A program made the translations under genes and the position numbers. This document shows positions 40,551 to 53,898 of a DNA stretch of 64,000 bases, piece by piece. The notes beneath the pieces were generated by a model. The model saw only the letters and a list, made by a program, of their open reading frames with translations. It did not search any database and was not told the origin of the DNA. Location of the stretch: NCBI GenBank assembly GCA_951406725.2, contig OX597815.1:30876001-30940000 (forward strand), written 5' to 3'. The number at the start of each line of letters is the position of its first letter. Positions within the stretch are counted from its first letter, which is position 1. This DNA is from Octopus vulgaris (lineage: Eukaryota).

Positions 40551-40803
40551 TAACTTGGATAACTTAGATAATCTATATATGTTTCGACCAAAGATTGGTC
40601 CAGACAATGTCTAACTTAATAGCACCACCCGATAGGATTAGCTAAATAAGTAAAGGTTCATTCGAGTATGGAGTTATTGTTGAGTTGTATCTAGGTATAT
40701 GTGGCTTATCTGATATTCCTTGAAGAAATTTGTCCAGATTCCATTTAAAGGTAATGAGATTCTTTTCCTCTTTGACCTATTTCGGGACATTGTTAAACAG
40801 GGC
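40551..40803 (-). mobile_element. CR1-type LINE 3' end (relative of 26297-26872)
   Basis: Minus-strand ALFNNVPK*VKEEKNLITFKWNLDKFLQGISDKPHIP, with a similar 3' UTR (gtctaacttaat...ccacc) abutting (TA)n. Confidence 0.75.
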
Positions 40804-41100
40804 TCTCTCGTCGAAGATGACGTAAGAACGTTTAGCTAATGCCGAACGACCTCCACAAATTATTTGTTTATAGTGATCAAATGTTCGTGCCACACATTGG
40901 CGCGCTCTCTCTCCATATAAATCGATGTTGGGTGATCGGGTGCACTGTGTACCACGTGACAAATGTCGAAGAAATCGCAGAGCAATGCGAGGTGAAGTGT
41001 TTTGCTCAACGACACAACGCACCACCCAATCTGGAAATTATAGTTACGATCGCTAGATTTGTGAGTGCAACACCCTAACCACTAGGCTAACGCTCTCTCA
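40803..41100 (-). mobile_element. tRNA-derived SINE, uninterrupted relative of 39480-39950
   Basis: Minus-strand head tagcctagtggttagggtgttgcactc, CORE-like ttgagcaaaacactt, tail gttcggcattagctaaacg. Confidence 0.7.
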
Positions 41101-41109
41101 TGTATATAT

Positions 41110-41610
41110 ATAGGGTGGCTGCCCCCTCGTTATCGAGTATGGCCATTGCACGAAGCTTAATCAATGTTGTTATCGTGCAATGTCTGTGCAGGAATATTTT
41201 TTTAAAGTGAGAAAAGGCTGTGCACTGAGTCAATCCCACTCACTAAGCAACGGCAGCCATAATCCGAAAAGAAGAACAAGTCAACATCATCGGTAACCAC
41301 TGAGCCGCAGGTTTTATATCGGAGTTATCCCAGTTGCCTGAGTTACCTTCTCCTAGAAGGATGCCCTAACAAAGGCTAGAAGTCCTTCACTCCCAATGGT
41401 TTAACCGCGCGATCTGGTATTCAGTCCGATTATTTCTATGTCCCCGCGCATGATACATCCTTAAGACATTTATTGGATAGCCGTTAACTCTTAAGAGCTC
41501 CTCCGCCCTTTGACGGGTTTTGTTTTTCATCCCACAGGGTGTCCAATAAACACCCTCCTCACCAAGCAAGTTTGGTAGGGTTGCCGGTTTAGTCGCCGAC
41601 GTCCCGACCA
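41110..41610 (-). mobile_element. RTE-related non-autonomous fragment
   Basis: Shares its 5' block with 13270-13380. Family assignment is inferred from that relative only. Confidence 0.4.
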
Positions 41611-41865
41611 TATATATATGATAGATGCCTGCAGCTAGGAACTGAAACCGGTTTGCAACTTCCTTTCAGTGTTTTCACCCATTTTCTCTGCACACTCCAT
41701 TACCAAATCTAACATATTCTATAAATAGTTGTTTTAAATAAAGCCAGTGTGGGAGTAAGTAATTACCTCATTTCCTTATCTAATATTATTTCAACTGATT
41801 TGATTGTCAAGTTTTTTTAATGTAAGCTTCCTCTACCATCCACTGTCTCCTTCATTCTTTTCCTT

Positions 41866-41914
<49 letters not shown>

Positions 41915-42289
41915 TTTCTGTCTCTCTCAGTCTGTGTCTCCTTGTCCCATTTCTTTGCTGCAAAAATAATTACAAATACATACGTGTACGTATACGTTCA
42001 TGAACACACACACTTACACACACACTTACACACACACACACACACATGTATATATACAAACAGAACTACACTCACTGACACATGCATATATATTTTGCAT
42101 GTACGTAAGTCTTTGTGTTTGTGTTTGTGCATATATACATGTGTGGCTTCGTGTGTGTGTATACACAAAGATCCACACACACACATACACATACACACTC
42201 ATATATATATTTACATATATGTGTATGTGTGCGTGCATGTGTATATGTGTTTATATATATATATATATATAGATGTGCGTGCATGTGTA

Positions 42290-42334
<45 letters not shown>

Positions 42335-42357
42335 TTATACATAAATATAAATATTTA

Positions 42358-42411
<54 letters not shown>

Positions 42412-42414
42412 TAA

Positions 42415-42462
<48 letters not shown>

Positions 42463-42979
42463 TTCCATATATGTGTACGTAGGCACCTACTAAAACACAG
42501 TCAATAAGTTTGCTTTTAAATCTGTTTTTACTCTTGATAGGTATGAAAAAGTCTACATGTGTGTATGCTGCAAATGTGTGCGCCTGTATGTACAAGTGCG
42601 AGTGTATGGAAGTGTGTGTATGCGTGAATATACTTCAGGAAAATAATAGAATGCGATAAAAAAAAAAATGGTAAGAAATTCAAGGAATCACTATTCATAT
42701 TTAGATTAGTAAACAAATGAAAATGCGCAGACGACTTAGAAACCACAAACGATCAACCAACGCACAAACACGCGCGCACACACACACACACATACACGAA
42801 CACGTATTCACACTGTTAAGTTCACTGTTATGCTCACACAGAAGTATATATACACATAAAACAGGAAAGCATATACACAGGTAAATAGTTATAAGAGACA
42901 CATGGCCATTATGTTTCCGAATATATATGTATATATATGTACGTATATATATATGTGTGTGTGTGTGTATGTGTGTGTA

Positions 42980-43039
<60 letters not shown>

Positions 43040-43124
43040 TAGGTAGATATAGATATATATATATATATATATGTATATACGTGTATGTGCTTGTACGTAT
43101 GTATATAGATATATAAATATATAT

Positions 43125-43169
<45 letters not shown>

Positions 43170-45987
43170 TATGTGGATATAAACGTGCACATATGTATGA
43201 TGTATGTATTTAAGTGGGTTGTTTGGTATGTATAGGAAGTGTATGAAACGATGACTGTCTTTGCTTTTATTTACTTAATTAGTTGAAACAACAGAGGTAT
43301 TTCGTATTCTTAAATTTCTCCATTTTAACTGAAGTGAGTGTGCCATCCTCAAAAAAACAAAACACGATGTTTAATCAACTGCCTTCAGTTGAAGCAAGAA
43401 ATATATCGGAACGGTGGCGATGGCGCCGGACTATTTTGGAATCGTTACTTTGTAATCATCTTGAGAGGATACATTAAGTCAGACTAGACAAGTTTGTTTT
43501 TTCTTTTTTCTTTACGTATTTTACTTTGGAATGCTATCAGAGCTTTTTAATAACGTCTTCTCTACGTCTGAAGTATTTGTTTTTCTTACCTCTAAATTGC
43601 ATTGAAGAAACATTTGAATAGCCATCTAGGTAAGGTGTGAACCTTCTAAATGAGAGAATTGTGTTCGTGGTTTGTACGTGAGGTTGTACTTAAGGTATGG
43701 TCTCATGTCCGGTCTGAGAGAACAGAGTAAAAATACATATTACGTACGTAACCAGCCGAAGGAAGATGCCAGGTCCAGATAAATTCCTTTGCATTACACA
43801 GTGCCTCCCACTTAAGGAGCCTACGTCGATATGCTATAAAACTGGTGGGACTGGATAGAATTGTCTGTTACATTTTGTTCACAGACCAACCTATTGTATT
43901 TTCTTCATTACACTTCACTGTATTCTCCTACAACAGAATAAAAATGTCAGCGAAGTTGTTATGAATTTCGAATAAGGCGCTGAATCTTTGCTATGTCCAT
44001 TTCTTATTTTATTCTTGTCGAAGTAAACAATATAAACCTCTAAACTACATGTCAATTTCCTGTCACTGGAAAGTAGTTTACATGTTCAAAGGAACTTATG
44101 CTGAATATCCTTTGATAGTAATAAATAAGAATTCCTACAAGAATTCAAAGTAAACAATAATCGTATTAACTCCGAAAGTCGTTTTTCCACCAATCAGTGA
44201 AGACTAACTGACAAAACAAAGGTAAAAACAAAACAGTGCTCACAACACAGACGTTTACGAAGGAAAGTTCAGTAGTAAAATCTCGTAACGCATTTGGTCA
44301 TTGAACCACTCCGAACAATTCACTCACATAAACGAGTAATTTCTGAATACAATAAAAGAAGTCCATTGCGTTAAGTTATTTCCCAATTAACTATATCGTT
44401 CTTCCCGAAGGCTTTCCTGAAAAATTATTTACATCATTATTGTAAATTGACTAATGTGTGAATGCTTTTCTTTTCAATTCTTTTCATCAGTCACTGTAAG
44501 CTTAAGTAAATACGAGTAAATATATACTTTGCTGAGGACAAAAACATATCCCAAGTTGTTATTGCAGTTACCAATGATCAGAATTTCTACCATAGAATGT
44601 CTCTATTCAATTTTCAACCAATTAACATTTCTAAGTCGTTTGCCTTGCTTTTCTTCTTGACAAAAATAACCATTAAAGCTGAATATTTAACTCTTTGTTA
44701 AAGGTATAATTTTAATTGATAAATAATAAATGCTTTGGTTCTCTAAATTAAACTGCGTAGTCCTCATTTAGCTCGTAATCCTTCATAGAGAATGTATCTG
44801 TAAGAATGTTTGCTCTGCCATCATAAAACTATCCCTTCTGGCTCCTAGTAACTAATCCTTTCCAAATGTTGATTGTAGGAAACGTCGAGTCCAGGGCTGC
44901 AAACTATTAAGACGATGTTTCTGAAGTTAATCATTGTCTGCAAAATGTGCCTTCTAACACCCTGTGCTGTGGCCGTGAATTGTTAAATCTGTTTTCTGAG
45001 CTTGCAACCGCAGCAATTTTAGATGGATAACATTCATTGCAATCATGATGGCAGACAATTTTTCTACCAATTCGGCGAGTGCTTTAGAAATCACATGATT
45101 GTAAGTCACTCAGATGAAGCTTGAAGCACATTTCTAATTTGACATGGTCAGTCAAGCCTTACTATAAGAAGCACAAAAATATCTGATTTCTAACATTGAA
45201 CGTTTTGTCCTAATAATCTTGATACATTTTTTGAAGGAACGTAAAATAAACAATAGAAGAAAAGAGATTACTAGCCACTATAGATACGCATCCATCATAA
45301 ACACGTACACATATACATATTTATACACAAGCGGGAACACACATATACTTATGAAAATAATCCTGAAATAAATTCCTCACGCAATAAATTACAAATAAGT
45401 ATATTCTCCTTCATCCAAATTAGATATTTAGCGAATATGGAATTCGACCAATAATACCCAGAGGCTGCTTCTACACTAATGTCATTTGCAGTATAACAGG
45501 ATTATATTTACTGTATATGCGCAGGCATTTGTAAGCATATATATACCTGCGTATGTTTATGAGTTTGTGTTGACTCTGTGCGTGTATGTGTGTGCGTGTA
45601 AATGTGTGTGTGTGTACATATGTGTCTGTGTATATTATAGGGTATGTAAGTGTTTGGGTCTCTGGAGCAGGTTAAAACTTTGCCTGAGTTAAAACATCAT
45701 GGAATCTGGTTTATGTTTCCACGTTCTTTAGATCGAGTCGCCTTGTGGTCTATCAAGATTCTTTCATCCTTCAGAATTTTATAAATTAGGTTCTATAAAA
45801 AATACTGCGTGTGATTTCGTCTACATACACATTTCTTACAGCACATATTGAGTAACTACCCAGCATGTACACATAAATACAAATATTTATGTGCATATCT
45901 ATCTATCCTACTTACGCATACACACACCCACTCTCTCTCCCACACATACTCTCTCTCACACACTCTCTCACACATACACACACACAC

Positions 45988-46062
<75 letters not shown>

Positions 46063-47265
46063 ACTATAAATGAGGGTGAGAGACACCACCATGCCGAAAT
46101 AGCAGTCAAACCCTGACTTTAAAAACACCTAAAATGTTCATATCGCACCATGAGATATATATATATATATATATATATTTGGAATTCTATGAGGATTACT
46201 TAATACGGTTTTGAAGTGTAAAGTTGATTTTTCTAAAAAAATAATTTTAAAAAAGTGTTATGAAAATGAGCATGTTCCATTTTTTGGGAAGACGTTGTTT
46301 TCTGTGTATTCAAATATCACATATACTTACATTTGTGTGTGTGCGTGTATGTGCTTATACATTTATGTATACAGTCATCTACGCAGTCATTTTTCTCATT
46401 GAGAAGTATTCCTCTGTCTTCCCCGTGCCTTCCCATTCATTATTTGTTTTCTATTTCATTTTTCACTCCGAAATCCTTATTTGTATGAAAAATATTGTAT
46501 CTCTACAATATTTTCATTTTATTTTTGTTTCATATTTTTTGTTTCTTTATTTTTGTTTGCATTTTTCTCTGCATCTGAAAAAACAAAATGCGCGAAGTAC
46601 TGTTTTAGTATTGATGTGTGAGTGCTCAAGTTATCATTGTCCTCCGGACATTTTATGACATGTTTTATCAATGAGGAAGATCATGAAAGATAGCTACTTT
46701 TACAAACTGATTGCTTATCGGGCTGGAGAGCAGCTGCGTTAATGCAGCCTTGTGGCTTACAAGAAGAAAGCCGGGAGAAACATTCATTTCTTTTATACCC
46801 CGGGGGAGTTTACCTTGGGTTTTAATAATATCATCTTGAAGCATCTTCAGTGCGTGTCATGTTTTACAGACAATAAAAAAGATTGACTTTAGTGATTAAG
46901 ACGATGCTTCTAAAATATTAACCTACCAAACTAGATGTCTAACCTAAGAAACAACAGTAAGCAATAAGAAAATGTTTTGACCTAGTCACTCTAACCACCA
47001 ACGAAATAACCAGATACTAAATTATATGCCTTACTTAAGACAATAAAATTTGAAGGCTTTACATCTTAAAGCAGGATGTCCATCATGGATTTAGAATGCT
47101 CAGGCAAAATACGAGTACATTTTTTTTTAACAGGTCGAATCTATTTTATAAAATATTCATCAGATTTGAAGTTGTTACTCAACAAATATAGCAGCAACTT
47201 ACCTAGACAGGTGGATCTCATCATATCTCTCCACAAAATATTCTTGTGAATATAACTATACTATA

Positions 47266-47572
47266 AAAACGTCGCCTTTTCAAGCCTAGCCAGGCTCATG
47301 GGCCCGGTTTCCCGGTTTCTGTAGCGTATGTGTCCCCATCAGGTGGACGGGACGCCAGTCCATCGCAGCGTTACTCGAGAAACAGGAAGAGAGAGTGAGA
47401 GAAAGTTGTGGCGAAAGAGTACAACGGGGGTCACCACCACCCTCTGCCGGAGTCTCATAGAGCTTTTAGGTGTTTTCGCTCAATAAACACATACAACGCT
47501 CGGTCTGGGAATCGAAACCGCGATCTTCCCACCGCGAGTCCGCTGCCGTAACCACTGGGCCATTGCGCCTCC
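47266..47572 (-). mobile_element. tRNA-derived SINE family D with ~14-bp TSD
   Basis: Minus-strand head ggaggcgcaatggcccagtggttacggcagcggactcgcgg...ggtttcgattccc. Flanks ataactatactata and atagctatactata. Confidence 0.85.
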
Positions 47573-47909
47573 ATAGCTATACTATAATATACTATTTTCC
47601 CATAAACGAGGAAATAAAAGTTGCACCCATAGAAAATTTGAACTATTTATTCGTCAATTATTGCATGTGAATAAAGATCAATTCCTGTAGGTATATTTAT
47701 AGCAAACATCATACAACGCTTGAAATTTAGCCGAGTAGCATAGGAAAAAAGAAAATTATATAGTATCTAATTCTCATATGTTATTTAATCATATCTATGC
47801 AAAATAGATATTGGTGTGATTTGAAATCTCTATGTAAAGGTATACAACTAAATGACTCCAGAAACTTTGTCCGTTCACTTTACCGGCCAATCGAATGTCC
47901 AAATATTTT

Positions 47910-48345
47910 AATATTTCGAATTTTGACACAAAGCCAGCGGTTTTATGGGGAAGGGGTAAGCCGATTACGTTAACCCCAGTATTCAACTGGTAATTTTTAT
48001 CAATACCGAAAGGATAAAAGGCTCAGTCGACCTCGACGGCATTTGAAATCGAAACCTAAAGAACCGGCAGAAATGCTGCTGAGTTTTTACTTCTCAGACG
48101 CGCTAACGATTTTGACTGATCGGCACCTTCCACCATTCTAATAGTGGTTTCAAATTTTGGCCCAAACCCAGGAATTTAGGAGAAGGGGTAAGTCCATTAC
48201 ATCGAAACCAGTGCTCAACTGGTACTTCGATCTCAAAAGGAAGAAAGGCAAAATTAACCGCGGCGGAGTTTGAACTCGGAACGTAAGAAATATCGCTAAG
48301 CACTTAGCACGCGGTGCTACACGATTCTGCCAGCTATCCGCCTTC
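47910..48345 (-). mobile_element. Two tandem SINE family A copies
   Basis: Both carry caactggta...gaaagg...gcggagtttgaac (or ggcatttgaaat)...cgatt(c/t)tg motifs. Confidence 0.7.
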
Positions 48346-49693
48346 AAATATTCTGATATTAATGCCAGAGGTAATGATGCACAATACAAAGAAAGAAACA
48401 GTTTGAAACATGCAATGTTTCAAAATCTAGAACCAACTTTTGAAAACAGTTTTGCCAGATAGGCTTAGAAGGCTTTTTATACAAAATATAAATGGGAAAA
48501 TATCATTCCATTGCTTCCGAACCTCAACATTATGTCGGATTCATATTGTATCCACTGAACATTCAATTTCAGTTTAGATTACGTACAGTAATGACCTCGC
48601 TAAAATGAGTTCTAATTTGAATGCCGTTTTTGTCACCTTTAAATCTATCACTTAAAAGTCCTCTTTGAAATTACCTTATACAAAGTTACACAGATATGTA
48701 GTTCTGATAGAATGTATACAGTGAACAGTCACTAACCAATAGAAAGCAGCACCAAACAATTCCAACAGGAATTGCTCTGAAGGAAGAAGACTGACAAGAG
48801 AAACAAAACGAAATATCCTTTTAACAACTTGTTCAGAATTTTATCGCACAGCACGAGTATACATACGCATACGCACACACAAACACACGCACATACTCTC
48901 GCACACGCAGACATACATACGCACCAGAATATAAGGAGAAAAATACTATCGCACCAGGCAAACATAGACACAAATGCACACACATATATAAGTACATATA
49001 CACATACCCATATATATATATATATATATATATATGCGTGTATAAGCACTTACTATTTCTTTCAGTTATCCTATCAGTAAAGTATATCTACATCAGGAAT
49101 ATTACTTTCTCCCCCTCATTCTTTGTGAGTTTACGTGGCTATATGAATATATATCCATTATGCCTCAGAGCATACACAGATATATACTTAGTTACTACTG
49201 GAGGGAACAAATGTGGGGCTTGGTGTCAAGTATTGTGCAGTTTTATCTCTTGATCTGACTATATATTTGTATATACACAGAGAGACATATTATAAAAAAA
49301 AATGAGTATAAAATTACATATACATATATGCATGCAAATATATATATGCAAGTGTTTGTCTGTGCGTCTATATTCTGTGTGTATGTAGATCCAATTTCAT
49401 GCTCAAAATATGTATATTTTCTACATATGTCTTCATGTCAATGTCATTATTTTCTTTACTCGTTCTTAGATTTTGTTTTCTTTGAATATCTTAACTTTAG
49501 TTATGACAGTGTGAACTGGTTCACTATTTAGATATATCGCATGATTCCTGTGGCCAGTGTAGCACTTAACTCTCATCGTTTTACTTGTCATGTACCGAGA
49601 ACTTATGTTACATGTTAACACAATCAAATTATTCTATTCACCCATCTTTTTTTTTTACTAAACTTTTCATGGTATTTACATAAAAAGCGAATC

Positions 49694-49789
<96 letters not shown>

Positions 49790-50054
49790 AGCTATCTATC
49801 TATCTATCAATCTATTTTATGAATCGTAATGGGTGTAAAATATATTAACATTCTATTTTACTTAGGGCAAGCATTATCTCATATAGACATCAATACTTTG
49901 AGTAGAGTGGATATGTTTATTATGGCGAAAGTTGACACACAACTGGGAGGTTCGCCCCGGGCGAATTGCCGAACTCAGACCGAATCTCTAAGAGTGTCAA
50001 ATTTTCATATGGTAACACACACGCACGCACACGCGCACACACACAACATATATT

Positions 50055-50305
50055 TATGGAGATGTACTTGCATAGCAAGTGACCTGATCTGAGATCGTGT
50101 GTTGGAACGAAAACTATTGCAGTGTGGCAGGTGTTTATAAGCCATTTAAGAAACACAGATGTAGCACGGAATTTTGTCAGTGAACAGGTCGCGGTCTCAA
50201 AGCGTGGAAAATATTTTGACAAATTAAATTTAAATGTTGAAGTGAATCTAACGGATGTTGTGTGTTTCTTAAATGGCTTATAAACACCTTCCACACTGCA
50301 ATTGT
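50055..50305. mobile_element. MITE-like repeat with a 42-bp inverted repeat
   Basis: attgcagtgtggcaggtgtttataagccatttaagaaacaca (~50115-50157) versus tgtgtttcttaaatggcttataaacaccttccacactgcaat (50261-50302), one mismatch. Confidence 0.7.
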
Positions 50306-50314
50306 TTAGATATG

Positions 50315-50489
50315 TGGGGAGAGTTTACGAAAAAAACAAAAGACGAAGACAGGTAGTGTACAAAACAAACAGATGTATTAGTATAACGCTCAGGAATAGA
50401 AAAAGTCTTTTACGTTTCGCGCCGACGCTCTTCTACAGAAAGGGACACAGAAAAAACAGGGAGAGAAACAAGGAGAGAAAGAAGGAGAG

Positions 50490-50490
<1 letters not shown>
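50315..50490 (-). mobile_element. Repeat with atypical hammerhead-like motif, copy 3
   Basis: Homologous to 13506-13705. Motif at ~50405-50443 with core CTGTAGA. Confidence 0.6.
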
Positions 50491-50526
<36 letters not shown>

Positions 50527-51109
50527 GCAGCAGGAGCAAAAGCAGCAGCGGCAACAAAAACAGCAGCAGCAGCAGTAGTGGTGTTAGTAAGTGGCAGAAA
50601 TTACGGAGTGGCTCAAGGGCTGACTGTTCCGTGTATTGGCTCTTATAAGTGTGTCGGGAATATCTTACCTTATTTCTAGTCTTACTGTATCTAGGACTGA
50701 ATTATCTGTAGTATCCCTGCATTTTAAAGAACTTAGAATGTCACTTGAATAAGATTTGCTTCTATTTCCAATACGTCGAACAAATTCCATAGTTTCGTTT
50801 GTTTATTTTTTTTAATGGCCGCTTGTATTATATTATTAGTATTACGCTAAATTTGTCAGCGTAAAACGTCATTAGAAAATGAATCAATCTTTTTTTTCTT
50901 TTCTGTTTTGTACATTACTTTCAATTGGCCTAGAGATAACTGAATAGCCGATAAAAAGAGAATTCAGTTGGAGCCAATATATTCGTGATTGTCATTTATG
51001 TTCAGCACAAAAACAAAAACAAAAAGGAAAAAGAAAGAGAGAAAAGAGAACCTCGAAAAACTTAAAAGAACCCCAAAGAAAGTGTGATATATTTCTGGAG
51101 TGCTTCAGA

Positions 51110-51350
51110 TTCGTCAATATGTCACTAAAAGCATTACACGTTCTCTGCTGAATATAACTCTTGATCCATGCTATATGTTTCTTTTTCTTCTGAATTCCTT
51201 AGCTTCATGACTTCTGACAAAGTTTTCGGTTCTTGACTTTATCGAACACCCTAAAGAAGTCTAGGAATATGTTGTTTGCTTGTTCTTAGTTTAGTACAAG
51301 TGGAAATGCTTTTGGGAAGTTCGTAAGCTGGCATCTCCCATGATCTACAT
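51110..51350 (-). mobile_element. CR1/L2-type RT fragment, decayed
   Basis: Minus-strand [25 protein letters not shown]...AWIKSYIQQR matches the RT motif LDFxKAFDxV...GI...WI. Confidence 0.65.
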
Positions 51351-51475
51351 TTAACAACATATGCATACATACAAAATTGACTAAGATTCAGATACGCTAC
51401 ATCGCAAAGCACACGCGCATTCACATGCATAACCGTACATTTGCACAAACAGACGCATAAAGACACACACGATTT

Positions 51476-51520
<45 letters not shown>

Positions 51521-51555
51521 GTGTATATAAGTCTGTGTATATTTATGTATGCACA

Positions 51556-51605
<50 letters not shown>

Positions 51606-51658
51606 TATGAGTACATATGTGTGTATATAAAAACAGATAGATCGATAGATAGATACGT

Positions 51659-51745
<87 letters not shown>

Positions 51746-51907
51746 TAGACAGATAGATAGATAGATGGATGGATAGATAGATAGATAGATATGCGGTTGC
51801 ATGAGAATACAAGAGTAGAGTGGTCACAAACTAGAGTATTGTAATGCTTTAGTGATTTAGATTCTGTATTTATTTCCAATTTCATAAATCTATAAATTCG
51901 CAAACTT

Positions 51908-51978
<71 letters not shown>

Positions 51979-53512
51979 CACGCACACACACGTGTGTGTG
52001 TGTGTATCTTTCGAGAGTGTGATGAGCTTCACTGCTGTTAAGAATGGAAATTCTAACGTATCGAGTCCTTGCCCGTTGTCTGTCAGTAAGAAAGAGACTT
52101 AAATTTAGCATGTTGCTTGAGCAGTGAGCAAATAAACGAAGAAATACAACTTATAAAGGATCGATGATGATGCTACATTTCTCCCTCAAAACTGTATCCA
52201 TGTGCTTATGTTATAAACCATTTATTTATTGAGCAAACGATCTACAACGCGACCACGTGATGCATTAGAAATAGCAGCGAAATCTTCTTTTAATCATTAC
52301 CCTACTATATTAAGAAAAACGCTCATAAGACAATGTAGACCTGCACTTCATATACAAAAGTCTAAGATATTTACGAGTGAAACGTATTTGATTATAAAAT
52401 TGGTTGTTCGAAACTTGCATGGTAATAAACAAACAAAATATTCTTCTATTTATCAAACCATTAACAGAGGCTATCAGGTAATTTAAACAAATAGAATTAG
52501 TGAATAATTTTTTCTCAAATTATGACTCCTATTGTGTCATTAAAAACAGGGAAGAAACACATCGGATAATTTAATAAGCAGTAACTGTAAAACAGGATCG
52601 TCATGGATATAATGCTTGTGGTAATGCATTTGCTCCAACGGGATTTATTCGGGACTAACAACAGTAAACGTTGTATTTATATAGTTTGCTTTATATCAAA
52701 ATAATAAATCATTTGGTTATAGGGAAATTCATACAGAATTTTCAACTGTATGTAAAGGCGAAGAATGCATATACTTGTAAATATAAATATTGACTATGAA
52801 ATCCAACATCAGATCTGTGATTTATCGGTTCACACGTGGTATGTTTCAGAAAGACTATAATGTACTGAAGAGACCTCATTTATGTATTAGGGGAATCATA
52901 TCCCGGATATATATGCACAGGGTCGTCATTCTGAGTTGGTTATACGATGCCGAGAGAAAGAATGAGAGGGGCTATTATAAATGGATACAGCTCGATGAGA
53001 AGGTTACCATGCAGATGGTGTCTTCAGACGGTGAAATATATGAATATAACGGAAAAGGAGAGAGAGAGTAAGAGAGAGGGAAGTATAGGAGTGAAAGAAA
53101 GATCGGTAATGAAAATCAAGAGAAAAGAAATACGACAGAACTAAAGAGTAACAAACATCTACAAATATATGCGTTCTCGCTTACTAAACGCGTATAGGTA
53201 CACATACACACAGACACATGTAAATGCACATTCTCATTCTTAAAAACATTTTCATTCCCAAAAGAAGCTTTAAAACAGAGAAGGTGTAAGAGTTAAAATA
53301 CAGGTAATCGGACATGCTTACAGAAAAAGCCCGTAAACCGGTGCAAGAATAAATTCATTGGCATTAGTTAATCAGGCGTCGAGGTTTCTTTAAACTTTTG
53401 CATTATCATCATGCGACTCATGAAGAGATAGCACCGCATATCCACTTAACGGCCATTAAATACAAAAACCCGTTGTGTATGATCGGAGGTGGTGTCAAAG
53501 GTAGCGTCCAAA

Positions 53513-53898
53513 TCTCTCTCTATATAAACGGCAGTTTGTCTGTGCGTTTTCTGTGTGTCTGTTTTCTCGTACCCTCACTCTGACCACGGCTTTCAACCGA
53601 TTCTGATGAAACTTGACACACACATAGCCCAATGTCATAATTCAAAACTAACGCAGCGAAAATTTTGAAAAGTTCCCCCAGTTCTGAAAAAAATCGATAA
53701 ATTCGACATGGGGTCGAGAATCAGAAACCCAAACCACAGACCGTCTAGGGGACGCAGCTCCACCTTTTCTAACTCTCAAAAAAAAATTTACCATCATTTT
53801 TTTTTCCATTTTTTTGCTATTTTTTGGCTATAACTCTCTAAAAATGCTTTATAGTTATTTCCCTTACAAACCTGAGCAACGCCGGGCGATACTGCTAG
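53513..53898 (+). mobile_element. Non-autonomous Helitron, complete
   Basis: Inserted at A|T with 5' TC and 3' CTAG. Subterminal GC-rich hairpin remnant cctgagcaacgccggg. No TSD. Confidence 0.8.

Noticed and set aside
44500-45240. Possible decayed hAT transposase (minus-strand FYDGRANI, like GQxYDGAxNM)
   Set aside because: A single short motif with no continuous frame or TIRs.
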